A stretch of DNA of 64,000 bases, from NCBI RefSeq assembly GCF_044704955.1, contig NC_091992.1, forward strand, positions 111,910,001-111,974,000, in the 5' to 3' direction. This document shows, piece after piece, positions 13,868-26,815 of this stretch. The translations under genes and the position numbers were made by a program. This stretch comes from Pristiophorus japonicus. Lineage: Eukaryota. The notes under the pieces were generated by a model. It did no database searches. It was not told the origin of the DNA and worked only from the letters and a program-made list of their open reading frames with translations. Every line of letters begins with the position of its first letter. Position 1 is the stretch's first letter.

Positions 13868-15413
13868 GGCTTGATGGCTTGCATTCTAGGGTCTTAAGAG
13901 AAGTAACGGCAGGAATTGTGGATGCATTGGTTGTAATTTACCAAAATTCTCTGGATTCTGGGGAGGCCCTAGCAGATTGGAAAACTGCAAATGTAACGCC
14001 CCTATTTTTAAAAAAAGGAGGCAGACAAAAAGCAGGAAACTATAGACCAGTTAGCCTAACTTCTGTGGTTGGGAAAATGTTGGAGTCCGTTATTAAAGAA
14101 GCAGTTGCAGGACATTTGGAAAAGCATAATACGGTCAAGCAGAATCAACATGGTTTTATGAAAGGGAAATCATGTTTGACAAATTTGCTGGAGTTCTTTG
14201 AGGATGTAACGAGCGGGATGGATAGGGGGAACCAGTGGATGTGGTGTATTTGGACTTCCACAAGGCATTTGACAAGGTGCCGCACAAAAGGTTACTGTAC
14301 AAGATAAAAGTTCACTGGGTTGGGGGTACTACCTTAGTTAGCCAATCCTCTATCCATGCTAACAGAGAACAGAGAGTTGGGATAAATGGTTCATTCTCTG
14401 ATTGGCAACCAGTAACTAGTGGGATGCTGCAGGGATCAGTGCTGGGAGCCCAACTATTTACAATCTATTAACGATTTGGAAGAAGGGACCGAGTGTAACA
14501 TAGCTAAGTTTGCTGATGATATAAAAATGGGTGGAACAGCAATGTGAGGAGGACACAAAAAATCTGCAAAAGGAAATAAACAGGCGAAGTGAGTGGGCAA
14601 AAATTTGGCAGATGGAGTATAATGTTGGAAAGTGTGAGGTCATGCACTGGCAGAAAAAAAATCAAAGAGCAAGTTATTATTTAAATGGAGAAAGATTGCA
14701 AAGTGCTGCAGTACAGCAGGACCTGGGAGTACCTGTGCATGAAACACAAAAGGATAGTATGCATGTACAGCAAGTGATCAGGAAGGCCAATGGAATCTTG
14801 GCCTTTATTGCAAAGGGGAGGGAGTATAAAAGCAGGGAAGTCTTGCTACAGCTATACAGGGTATTGGTGAGGCCACACCTGGAATACTGCGTGCAGTTTT
14901 GGTTTCCATAAAGGATATACTTGCTTTGGAGGCTGTTCAAAGAAGGTTCACTAGGTTCATCCTGGGAATGAGGGGGTTGACTTTTGAGGAAAGGTTGAGT
15001 AGGTTGGGCCTCTACTCATTGGAATTCAGAAGAATGAGAGGTGATCTTATTGAAACGTATAAGATTATGAAGGGGCTTGACAAGATGAATGCAGAGAGGA
15101 TGTTTCCACTGATAGGGGAGACTAGAACTAGAGGGCATGATTTTAGAATACGAGGCCGCCCATTTAAAACTGAGTTGAAGAGAAATTTCTTTGAGGGTTG
15201 TAAATCTGTGGAATTCGCTGCCTCAGAGAGCTGTGGAAGCTGGGACATTGAATAAATTTAAGACCGAAATACAGTTTCTTAAATGATAAGGGGTTATGGG
15301 GAGTGGGCGGGGAAGTGGAGCTGAGTCCATGATCAGATCAGCCATGATCCTATTGAATGGCTGAGCAGGCTTGAGGGGTTGTGTGGCCTACTCCTATTTC
15401 TTATGTTCTTATG
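13868..15413 (+). mobile_element. Degenerate CR1 LINE (RT and 3' end)
   Basis: Frameshifted RT ORFs 13879..14307, 14235..14471, 14531..14911 and 14899..15255. Tail ttcttatgttcttatg. Confidence 0.9.
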
Positions 15414-16309
15414 AATGTAAGGGAATTGTTGACCCACATGTTATTTCTGGTATGAGTCTGCTTGGTGCTGTCACTGGAGCCAAGTGGAACTACATACTAT
15501 TTATTTCAGAGCAATTTCATTGGCCACCAGTCATTTTGGTTATCGTATTTTTAGAATTGATTTTTGAATGTTGAACATTGGTAAACATACTTTGGGGAAT
15601 GATTGTATACAATTGCCAGTGTTTAAAGTTACAAAAACATGGATTTAAAAAGTATTTGGATTCTGATTTAATTGTAATGAAATGTTACTGACTCATTACA
15701 GATATTTTCAGCTCAACATTTTAGGCAAAAAGATGGTATCCTAGCTAAACGTTGTAGAAATGTACATTTTCATGCTTGTGTACCTGCTTATTATACTCCT
15801 GGGAGATATGCCACAAGACTTATTCAGGGATTGAACCATCTAATTAATTTACTTCATATAATAACCCATTCCATTTATATAAAAAAAAAATTCTATGGCT
15901 TTTTAAGTCTCCCACTCTCCCAACCCTTCTAGACACAAGTCATAGACTGAGGTAGTGGTTAGATATCCTGCAGCCAAGTCACTGCTGCTGTGCATCAGCA
16001 ATTCACTGTGCTTTGCCCACCCCTCAAATATTTTTTGTTCAATAAATCTATCCCCCAACAATCCAGTTGAGCTCTGGAACTCTATGTGGGGATACTATTG
16101 GTGTTAGCCTGTATATATCATTCCCTAGCTGTGACAATGGAGCATGTACATGCTGACTGTTCTTTTTTGTCTTGGTCTAATGCCATCAACCTTATTTTAG
16201 TGTGGAGACCATTAAGGTCTTCAAATGAGATATTGGGGCCTGAAACTCTCCTTGCTTAATGACTCAGCCCATTTATGTGTAGGTGAAATGGAGAATGATC
16301 ATCTTCATT

Positions 16310-17575
16310 TCTTAATGACTGTGATAAAGGTAAACTATCCCTGCTCCTCCTTCTTGACTTGTCTGCAGCCTTTGATACGGTTGACCACTCCATCCTCCTC
16401 CAATGCCTCTCCACCGTCATTCAACTGCTTGGGACTGCACTCGCCTGGTTCCATTCCTATCTAATCGTAGCCAGAGAATCGCCTGCAATGGCTTCTCTTC
16501 CCTGCTCTCACACCGTTGCCTCTGATTTCCCCAAATATCTATCCTTGGCTCCCTTCTATTTCTCATCTGCGAGATGCCCGCTGGTGGCATCATCAGGAAA
16601 CAGTGTTTCCACATGTATGCTGACAACATCCAGCATCACCTCACTGCCACTTCTCTTGACCCCTCCATGGTGTCTAAATTGTCAGATTGCTTGTGCGGCA
16701 TCCAGTTCTGGATGAGCAGAAATCTTCTCCAATTGAATATTAGGAAGACTGAAGCCATTCTTTTCAGTCCCCGCCACAAACTTTTGTTCCCTAGCTTCTA
16801 ACTCCATCCCTCTACCTAACATCTGTGTGAGGCTGAACCACACCGTTCGCAAACTTAGTGTCATATTTGACTCTGAAATGAGCTTCCGACCACATATTAG
16901 TGGCGTAACTAAGACCGCCTATTTCCACCTCCATAACATCGCCCGTCTCCGCCCTTGCCTCAGCTCATCCACTGCTGAAACCCTCATCCATGCCTTTGTT
17001 ACCTCTAGACTTGACTATTCCAACGCACTTCTGGCTGGCCTTCCACATTCTACTCTACATAAACTTGAGGTCATCCAAAATTCGTCTGCCCGTGTCCTAA
17101 ATCGCACCAAGCCCCGTTCACCCATCACCCCTGTGCTCACTGACCTATATTGGCTCCTGGTTAAGCAACACCTCGATTTCAAAATGCTCATCCTTGTTTA
17201 TAAATCCCTCCATGGCCCCGCCCATCCTTATCTCTAATCTCCTTCAGCCCCACAACCCCCCCGAAATATCTGCGCTCTCCAATTCTGGCCTCTTGAGCAT
17301 CCCTGATTATAATCGCTCAACTATTGGCGGCCGTGCCTTCAGCTGCCTAGGCCCTAAGCTCCAGAATTCCTTCACTAAACCTCTCCGCCTCTCTACTTCT
17401 CTTTCCCCCTTTTAAGATGCTCCTTAAAATTTGATCAAGCTTTTCGTCACCTGCCCTAATTTCTCCTCATGTGGCTGTGTCAAATTTTTTGTCTTGTAAT
17501 ACTCCTGCCAAGTGCCTGGGGATGTTTTACTACATTTAAAGGCGCCATATAAATACAAGTGTGGTTGTTGTTGTA
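16310..17575 (+). mobile_element. Degenerate L2-clade LINE 3' part
   Basis: 'SAAFDTVDHSILL', 'HMYADN', 'ETLIHAFVTSRLDYSNALLAGLP'. Tail aaaggcgccatataaatacaag followed by (TTG)n. Confidence 0.88.
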
Positions 17576-18036
17576 ATATGGATGACATTCTGTGAATTCA
17601 AATAAAAATTGAATTTCAGAAAATGATTACAGTAACATTTAAAATCAACCTTGGAAATTGCCGCTTTAAATGTAATTGTGTAAGATGACAGCAATTAATT
17701 ACTACAACAATGTAGAGGAAGCATTTGATGTAATTTACAAAATGGATAATTGCTAAGTAATTCCTCATTACAATACCTATGATGAAGACAACAGTCTTAG
17801 TGACTGAATAAGTTGATTTCTGTTTTGTTACTTGCAATTACAGGATATTTCAGTGGCATGATTGATTGTCAACCTTTCCATGAAAACTACAAAATGGTGG
17901 CATTTCGCATGACATCTGCTTAGTAATAGGCCTCATTCACTTTTCTCCTATTCTCTTACTGCACCGATTCCAATACTTGTGTAGTTTTTCAGTCTTGCTA
18001 CAGTTGTAGTTAATGCTATCTTTTTGGTTGTTGCAG

Positions 18037-18189
18037 CAAAGATGTGCCCATTTTGGCACATGTGTGGTGACCAGTTCATTGTCTGCAAACATTGGCTCCG
18101 AGGCCTATGTCAAAAGGGGGATCAGTGTGAGTTTTTGCACGAGTATGACATGACCAAAATGCCACAGTGCTACTTCTACTCAAAATATG
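18037..18189 (+). CDS. CPSF4L: CPSF4-like, coding exon 3
   Basis: ttgcag acceptor, (A)KMCPFWHMCGDQFIVCKHWLRGLCQKGDQCEFLHEYDMTKMPQCYFYSKY, gtaaga donor. 153 nt. Covers the end of ZF1, ZF2 and the start of ZF3. Confidence 0.95.
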
Positions 18190-19214
18190 GTAAGATTTAT
18201 TTCTGTGCATAATCTTGGGCTAATAATAATGACTGATTTGAGATACCAAGGGTAGAAGATTTCACGTTAGATGATTGGTAGGATTTTTTATTTTATAAAG
18301 AAACTTTTCCAAGATCCAAAAAGACTGGATAGGACTGCTGACTGAAAGTGATGAGTAGACAAAGTTGAAATTAATTGCTATAAGCTTCTAATGTTGAACA
18401 TTATAAATAAAATAATACAACTGGAATTTTGCCCATTCATTGTTAATGGGTAGAAATTCTTGCTGTCTCAAACTTCAAAATTAAACATTTCTAAATTGTG
18501 ATGCAGAAAGTCAGTCTGAGTGCACACAATTATTTTTTGCACCTCCCTGACCAGGGTATACATAATATTGGAAGCTTATCAGTTAGAAGTTTCTGTAAAG
18601 AGTCTGATTTTACTTTTTTAGTAAAGTTCCTAATTGACCAGCATCACTGCAAAAGGAATACACTGGTTCAAGAGATTTCACAGAAAGTATATTCTTGAAT
18701 AACTTTTACTGTGTTGTTCTTAAAGAAGTTCCCAAATGCTTCAGTGGGTAAATGTCATTTGATGTAGTATTCAGTTGCAAAGGCTTCAAGTTCAATCACT
18801 GTCTACCTGTCTGAGGTGGAATTAAGGCACTGACAGTCCTTTGTTTCCAGTCGAAGGAAGAGAAAAGTCATGACAGGGTTTCTGTCCATGATCATTATGA
18901 AGTAACTTTTATACAAGGTTGATGAGGCAAAATAGGATTGGAGTTGGTTGTGCTGACACTTGAGCCTAGATTTTTGTTCAACTGCTGGGAGCACCTATTG
19001 GAAAACCTACTGCCCATGATATTCTGTCCATTAAAATTAAACACTTGCTCGATTTTCCAATAGGTACACCTCGGGGGCAAAGCTCTATATTGTAATGGAA
19101 TTGGCCTTGTTGTCTAAGTTCACACATGACAAATGGGCCCTTGGCCAAGGCATTGGAACTTTACCCCAAGTAACTGCAACTTGTGGAACGTTACCCCAGC
19201 ATGAGTTGTTGCCT

Positions 19215-21545
19215 TCCTAGGAACATAGGAACAGGAGTAGGCCACTGACCTCCTCCCCCCCCCCCCCACCCCCTCCTCCCCACCCCCTCCTCCCCCCCCC
19301 CCCACCCCCTCCTCCCCCCGAGCCTGTTCTGCCATTCATTAAGATCATGGCTGATCTGCGACCTAACCCTCATATCCCTGCTTTTGGCCCATATTCCTTA
19401 ATACCTTTGGTTAACAAAAATCTATCAATCTCAGATTTAAAATTAACAATTGATCTAGCATCAATTGCCATTTAGGGAAGAGAATCCCAAACTTCTACCA
19501 CCTTTTTTTGTGTAGAAGTGTTCCCTAATTTTATTCTTAAAAGGTCTGGCTATAATTTTTAGACTATGCCCTCTAGTCCTAGATTCTCTAACCAGCAGAA
19601 ATAGTTCCTCTCTATCTACCCTATCTGTTCCCCTTAATAGCTTGAAAACTTCATTCAGATCAACCCTTAACCTTCTTAAAATCTATGGAATACAATCCTA
19701 ATTTGTGTAATCTCTCCTTGTAATTTAACCCTTGGAGTCCGGGTATCATTCTGGTAATCCTACACTGCACTCCCTCCAAGGCCAATATGTCCTTCATACG
19801 GTGTGGTTCCTAGAACTGCTCACAGTACTCCAGGTGTAGTCTAACAAGGGCTTTGTATAACTGTAGCATAACTTCTTCTGCTCACTTGTATTCTAGTCCT
19901 CTAGAAATAAAGGCCAGCATTCCATTAGACTTTTCGATTATTTTCTGTACCTGTTCATGACATTTTAACGATCTATGTACCTGGACCCCAAGCCTCTTTG
20001 GACCTCCACTGTTTTTAGCTTTTCACCATAGTTGAGGCCCCAACACCGATCCCTGCGGCGCACCACTAGTCACAACCTGTCAGAGTATCTGCCCATTATG
20101 CCTACTGTATGTCTCCTGCCGCTCAGCCAATTTCCTAACCAGGTCAATAATTTGCCTTGAAGTCCTTGTGCTTCTACCTTAGTTAACAGTCTCTTATGTG
20201 GGACTTTATCAAATGCTTTCTAGAAGTCCATATAAATAACATCCATAGGCGTGCCCCCGTCCACTACCGCTTCAAAGAATTCAATCACGTTTGTCAGGCC
20301 TACCTTTCACAAGTCCATCCTGGCTCTCTCTGAACAACTGAAAATTTTCAAGGTGTTAACATAAGAACTTAAGAAATAGGAACAGGAGTAGGCCATTCGG
20401 CCCCTCGAGCCTGCTCCGCCATTTAATAAGATCATGACCTGATCTTGGGCTCAGTTCCACTTCCCTGCCCGCTCTCCATAAACCCTTCACTCCCTTATCG
20501 TTCAAAAATATGTCTATCTCCACCTTAACTATATTCAATGACCCAGCCTCTACAGCTCTCTGGGGCAGAGAATTACACAGATTTACGACCTTCGGGGAAG
20601 AAATTTCTCCTCATCTCCATCCTAAATGGGCGACCTCTTATTCTAAAACTATGCCTTCTAGTTCTAGGTTCTCCCACGAGGGGAAACACCCTCTCTGCAT
20701 CTACCTTGTCAAGCCCCCTCAGTATCTTATGTTTCAATAAGATCACCTATCATTCTTCGAAACTCCAATGAGTATAAGCTCAACCTTTCTTCATAAGTTA
20801 ACCCCTTCATCTCAGGATTCAATCTGGTGAACCTACTCTGAACTGCCTCCAATGCAACTCTATCCCTCCTTAAATAAGGAGACCAAGACTGTACACAGTA
20901 CTCTGGTGTGGTCTCACCAATATGCTGTACACTTGTAGCAGGACTTCCTTGCTTTCATACTCCATCCCCTTTGTCTCCCTGATTACATACTGTACCTGCA
21001 TACTAACTTTTTGTGTTTCATGCACAAAGATCCCCAGGTCCCTCTACTGCAGCATTTTGTCATCTCTCTCTCTCAAATAATTTGCTTTTTTATTTTTCCT
21101 GCCAAAGTTGATAACCTCACACTTTCCCATATTATACTCCATCTGTCAAATGTTTTCCCACTCACTTAGCCTGTCTATATCCCTTTGCAGATTCTTTGTG
21201 TCCTCCTCGCAACTTGCTTTCCCACCCATCTTTGCATCATCAGCAAACTTGGCTACATTACACTCTGTCCCTTCAACCAAGTCATTAATATAGATTGTAA
21301 ATAGATGAGGCCCCAGCACTGATCCCTGTGGCACCTCCACTAGCTACCGTTTGCAAACCGGAAAATGACCCATTTGTCCCGACTCTCCGTTCAGTCACTC
21401 CATCCTAATTATAGACTCTTGTAATTTTCCGATAACAGATGTTAGGGTAACTAGTCTATAATTCCCTGGTTTTCATCTCTCGCCATTCTTAAATAGCAGA
21501 GTGACATGTGCAATTTTCCAATCTAAAGGAATGATTCCTGAATCG
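19215..21545 (-). mobile_element. Old CR1 LINE fragment with a second CR1 (about 20357-21385) nested inside
   Basis: Two CR1 3' tails on the - strand (about 19218 and 20357). RT remnant VPQGSVLGP...KFADD in ORF 21146..21340. Confidence 0.8.
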
Positions 21546-21869
21546 GGGTGGGGCAAGGTGAGAAATTTTGGAAAAAATTGATTTTTCAATGTTATTATTT
21601 CTCAGTGCTCATCAAATGTATTGCATCTTGTAGAGATAGTGAGCTTGCAAAAGGAATCCATAGTAATTCAAATTAGGCCAACATTATCTGTGGGAAGGGA
21701 CTTGCATTCATCTGTTCTTTTACAGGCAACAATATGCTTATTCAAGCTGTTCATATTGAGGAGTCAATTTGTCTTCCTTTTTCTTTACTGCTTCCCAGAA
21801 GACCTGGCTAACATTGGGAACCGTTTGTGTTGGGATTAGCAGCCGTAATCTATTCTATCACCGCATAGT

Positions 21870-22005
21870 ATAGTTCTGATGAAAGGTCATTGATCTGAAA
21901 CGTTAACTCTGTTTCTCTCTCACAGATGCTGCCTGACTTGCTGAGTATTTCTAGCAGTTTCTGCCATTAGTTCAGATTGCCAGCATCCACAAATATTTTG
22001 CATTT
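21870..22005 (+). mobile_element. Penelope-like terminal repeat fragment
   Basis: ttctgatgaaaggtca...gaaacgttaactctgtttctctc...gatgctgcctgac motif. Related sequence at 23895-24065. Confidence 0.55.
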
Positions 22006-22071
22006 GTAACGTGTAGTATAGTATTGGTGCACCCAAATGAAAAGCCACTAACTTACCTATGTTGGATGTAG

Positions 22072-22167
22072 GTGAATGCAGTAAGAGAGAGTGCCCTTTC
22101 CTACACATCGATGCAAAGATAACAATTCAAGACTGTCCCTGGTATGACCAAGGATTCTGCAAACATG
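22072..22167 (+). CDS. CPSF4L: CPSF4-like, coding exon 4
   Basis: tgtag acceptor, (G)ECSKRECPFLHIDAKITIQDCPWYDQGFCKH, gtaagt donor. 96 nt. Confidence 0.93.
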
Positions 22168-24059
22168 GTAAGTAACTGCTGGTTTTATCTTTCTTTGTGG
22201 TCAATACTGTATTCATTATCAATTTCTCTAGTGCTAAGGATTCAAAAATGTTAGTCATTGCGAGAAAAATATTACAATTACCAGAACCCTTTTTGTTCTG
22301 TTTAAAATATTTTTCCACTCTTCTCTTAAGTAGGATGTCCAGCAGATAATAAAATTAATAACATCCAAGGAGTCGATTTGTCCCATGCTGTTCTGCTTTT
22401 GATTTCTATTCCTGTTACTAAAATGAATAGTTTTAATTTGTACTGGCCATCTGCAGAGCAAGGAAGTAGAGTTGGGCTATTACATTCAATCCTTCTGGCG
22501 TTTATCTGGGGAAATATGTTAGTCTGGTGCTAACCTGGAGTTTTATTGTTCATATGTGGTTGAAGGAAATTGGCTGTAAAGCTGGCTTCAGATTGGCACC
22601 AGGAAGGTGTACAAGAATAACAAAGACAAAAGAATATAGGGACGGGTGTTTGCTATTGTCCTATTGCTGGTAAACTAGTGAAGATTGAATACAGAAATAT
22701 AGTAAACCATAGATTAATGGACACTTGCAACAAAGAAGGTCATTCAGCCCATGCTTTTTCCTGGACCAATCCACAATTAATGGCATTGCCCTGCTCTCTT
22801 CCAATAAACTATTGGAAACTTCCTGGGTTATCGAGTTTATTTATTTAAAATTTTCAGGGCCTGTGACAAATTTTGGAAGATCATTCAGCTCTAGAATTTT
22901 CTGGCATCTGGAATATGCATAAACCAGAAATCCTAATGCTTACATGAGGCCAAACCAGATTAAAATCATACAATCAAACTTTAAGATGATAAATTACATC
23001 AAATGACTGCAAATCTACTACACTCTGAAACAGTCTTTTATAAGTACCATTTTTTTATAGAATTCTGTAATACTGATTTAAAATATCACTTTTTGTGAGT
23101 TCCTCTTCACGCAGGTGCTGAAGGGACATGGTTTGAGCTGAGGAAAAGTGCTGATAGCCATTAATTACAATAATTCTGCTGTTCATTTCTATGTATGCAG
23201 GAATATTATTGTGACTAAACCCGATCTGTTTTACTGCTATGCTGCTTGATGCATCTTACTGTGCACTAGCAAACAGAAACAACATGGCAGTATACAAAGT
23301 AACACACACACAATTGTTTCAATTTCTCCAGACTGAACCTACAACATTGGGAATTTCTTGCAATTCCTATGCAAATGTGCATAAAATTGTTACCCCTGGT
23401 CTGGTCGTCACATCTTTTCACTGAGAAACATTATATACACAATACAACCAGCACACTGACCAACGGTTCCAATGAGTGAAGAGAACTCGTACATTAGTTT
23501 CCCTCAATTCAAGTAACATCAAAGAGAAAATGGTTCTGATTGGACGACCAGCTACAGAATAGGAGAATTGGAAAGTATTTCTATAGAAATCATCATAGGC
23601 AAAATCCTTCTAAAACAAGACCAAACTGAACCTAATCCTTTAGTATTCCATTAATCTAAGTTTGCTCAGATTTAACCAATAAAGGTTTTTTATACAGGGT
23701 AAGATGGGGATATGTTGTAAAAGATTTACATGGTCTTTATTCAATAAATCACATGTATGTTGTAATATCGCTTAAAATGATTTTTTTTAAAGGATATTTC
23801 TGATTATTTTTGCACTCTACATTTGCACTGCAAGTATATTTGCCTATGTTTCTAAAAACCCTTCTTCAATCTCTATTTTCATTTGCTGTACATATTTCAG
23901 ACACAAAACCAGAAAATACTGAAAATACACAGCAGGTCCATCGTCGTCATGTAAAGGGGGAAAGGACAGGTTACTGTTTCAGGATGAGATCCTTTGTCAG
24001 AACTATCTTTAAGGGTTTCAGTACAAAATGGCGACCGAACTCTTCTCTTTGCTGATGCT

Positions 24060-24610
24060 GACTGACCTGTGGAGGCCCTGACCTGCAAGAGACCATCAGC
24101 GGCAGGTCGGGGCCATAAAAGGAGCAGCGTGCGGAGGCCAAGGAGCAGCGTGGAGGCGTAGCACAAGGTACAGAGTGAGCTGGTGCAGGAGGGAAATGGC
24201 AGCGAAGAGTGACGTCGGTGATTGGAGCGTGGGCAGATGCAGCAGGAGCTGAGACTGTGGTGGGGTGTGATCGGGGCCCAGGGGAGTTGTGAGTTCGGGG
24301 CCCAGGGGCAGCACGGGCGAGCCCACACTGATATGTGTGCGCACTAGGTCCGTGCAGCAGCGCTGGTCTCCGGTTGTCTTGGATAATCCTTGCCAGTGGA
24401 CCAAGACCTAGCTCTGTCAAGCCTGTGTGGTGGCTGGTGTGCAACGGCCACCCCATGTTTTTTTTTAAAAATCCATGCACCGGCATCTTCCACCCTTGAG
24501 GATGTAGTTCGGATTCTTCATTCGAAACACCTGTGAACTCATCCTTTTTTTGGGGGGGCGTGGAAGCAAGTCATCCTCGTTTCGAGGGACTGCCTATGAT
24601 GATGATGATG
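24060..24610 (+). mobile_element. RTE-tailed non-autonomous retroelement inserted in a Penelope-like repeat
   Basis: GC-rich 5' half. The 3' end gtggaagcaagtcatcctcg...gggactgcctat(GAT)n is shared with the RTE LINEs at about 12150 and 13377. Confidence 0.7.
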
Positions 24611-25127
24611 GGGGTATTTTGAGCACTGTTTTTATTTCCACTGTTTGCAGTTTTTTATGCTCATGTATTGTAGATGGCCTTCTCAGTTTATTATTCCTTG
24701 GGAATGTTGACACAAAAATAAACTAAATTTTGTGTTTGAAGATTTTAAAAAAATTTCATTCAACCATGTCCATTTAGTTTTAATCACTCAATGAACGAAT
24801 GGTTCTTTTCCTGATTTTCTGATTGGGAAATTACTTACTGGGAATTAAGAACATTCACAGTCAGAAGGCTAAATCCAAGATACATTTGGTACCTGGACTG
24901 GCCTTGTCACCTGTATTTCAAAGAGGTTATTCAATGGTCTCAGACATAAGACAAGGAATGAAATGTGTAAAAATGCAGCTGAATGTTTTTTTAAAGTGAC
25001 AAGTGGGAATTGACACAGTATTGACATTTTTTAAATTGTGGATGCATTAAATTTTAATTTTACAAAAATAGTGAGAAGTAATAATAAATAAATTAAATCC
25101 ACTCCATTTGACTTGTTTCTGTGACAG

Positions 25128-25221
25128 GCCCATTGTGCAAAAATAAACACACCAGGAAGGTAATGTGTGCGAATTATCTGGCTGGTTTCTGCCCCGAAGG
25201 AACAGAATGTAAATTTCCACA
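25128..25221 (+). CDS. CPSF4L: CPSF4-like, coding exon 5
   Basis: gtgacag acceptor, (G)PLCKNKHTRKVMCANYLAGFCPEGTECKFP(H), gtaagt donor. 94 nt. Covers the end of ZF4 and ZF5. Confidence 0.93.
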
Positions 25222-25419
25222 GTAAGTACTATACAATTATAGTGCCCTCCTTGGCTTGTCGAAACAACTATGATACTAGGTTAAGATCAACTATTTTGGG
25301 TGATATGAAGTTAGGTACAATCCTACTACGTAGTTAAATGTTCTGAAAATCTTTGTTAAAATATTAGATGACATCTTCAAATTTTATATTCATCAACTTT
25401 GAGTACATATTTATTGGCA

Positions 25420-25812
25420 GCTTGGCTCAATAGGCAACACACTCACATCTGACTAAGAAGGTAGTAAGTTCAAGCCCCACTTTTTTTTCAGCACTTCAGG
25501 TGGCATGTCAGTGTAGTGCTGAAGGAGTGCTGCATTGTTAGAGATGCTGTCGTTCAGATAAGATATTAAACTGTTACTTTGCATGTTAATGTACAAGATT
25601 GCATGGCACTTTTCGAAAGTCAGGGAGTTCTCCTTCGACTGACACCAACTGATCATTCATCTCATTTATTTGTGGCATCCTGCTGTACGCATATTGGTAG
25701 CTGTGTTTGTCAACGTAACAAAAATGAATGCACTGCAAAAGTAATTAATGGGGTGTGAACGGCTTTTGAGACATTGAGGATGTGATGAGGGCTACGTAAT
25801 TACGAGTTCTTC
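25420..25812 (+). mobile_element. Old SacSINE1/DeuSINE-like SINE
   Basis: Degenerate homology to 1295-1740. Confidence 0.6.
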
Positions 25813-25814
25813 AT

Positions 25815-26385
25815 CAGCTGAATTTTCGGCGACTTTGCGACCGGGTTTTCACCGCGATTTGACCCTCCGCGACAAAAACCCGGTCGGCGGGATCCTCGGT
25901 CACCTCTGCGGCGGCGCTTCCACGTACCACCGGGGAAAGGTGCACCAAAGTGCAACGCCACGGATTGCAATACTGTCGTATTTTAAGCACTCTCCCGACC
26001 TTTACGCCACGCCCAGAATACCGACCGATCAAACCTGTCGGTGCAGCCCTGTCGGCAGTGATCAGTATGAAGACTTGCAAAAAGGTAAGTTCAAGTTTTT
26101 ATTAATTATTTTTCAGCGATTTAATAGGTAAGGGTTTTTTGAATGCTCTTGCAATTTTTTTTTGTTGGTTTCCACCCCGTCCCCCACAACCCCGTCAAGG
26201 CACCTCTCTCTCAGCGCTACCAGCCTTGGACTAAAGTTGCCGAAACTCGCGGTTTGTGCCATGAATCCTTGTGCAATACCGACTTTACCATGGCGCAGAA
26301 GTAAAGGCCTAAATGGTAGCGCAGTGAAAATGTTAATTTTGGTGTAAAACTACCATTTTCGCCAAAAAAACAAAAATCTATCCCC
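25815..26385. mobile_element. Probable MITE / non-autonomous DNA transposon
   Basis: CpG-rich block with degenerate inverted ends (gctgaattttc / aaaaatctatccc). Internal aggtaag, AT-rich and C-rich layout resembles 3266-4915 and 46186-46955. Confidence 0.5.
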
Positions 26386-26642
26386 AGATGTGGAATATCT
26401 GTCCAACTGCAAAATCATAGGGATGCATGTAGTCCGTCCTTTGCTGAAAAAGCTTCCCCAAGTAGCCATTCCCATTCCTTTCAATTGTTGATGGGAGCAT
26501 GAAGTTAGAAATAGATTGAGGAATGGTTTAACTTGCCAAAAGTAAAAAGGTGGTGGAAGGGGAATGGAAAAAAAATGTTTCAGTGCAACAACTATTTTCT
26601 TCTGAGGACAAATAATTTGTGTTTGTTTTCTATCTTTTTCAG

Positions 26643-26686
26643 TCCAAGTAATGAATTTGCTGAAATGGAGCACAGATCTAAACCAG
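26643..26686 (+). CDS. CPSF4L: CPSF4-like, probable coding exon 6
   Basis: Strong acceptor ttttctatctttttcag. Phase fits exon 5 and completes the ZF5 His: (H)PSNEFAEMEHRSKP, comparable to CPSF4 HPRFEL. Donor CAG|gtagga. Confidence 0.65.
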
Positions 26687-26815
26687 GTAGGAATATATTT
26701 TTCTGTAAAATTAGTGAAGTACCTTCACTGAAGTGTGTGTGTGTGTGTGTGTGTGGCCATTCAGCCCTTCTAGCCTGCACCGCCATTCAACGAGTTCATG
26801 GCTGAACATGAAACT

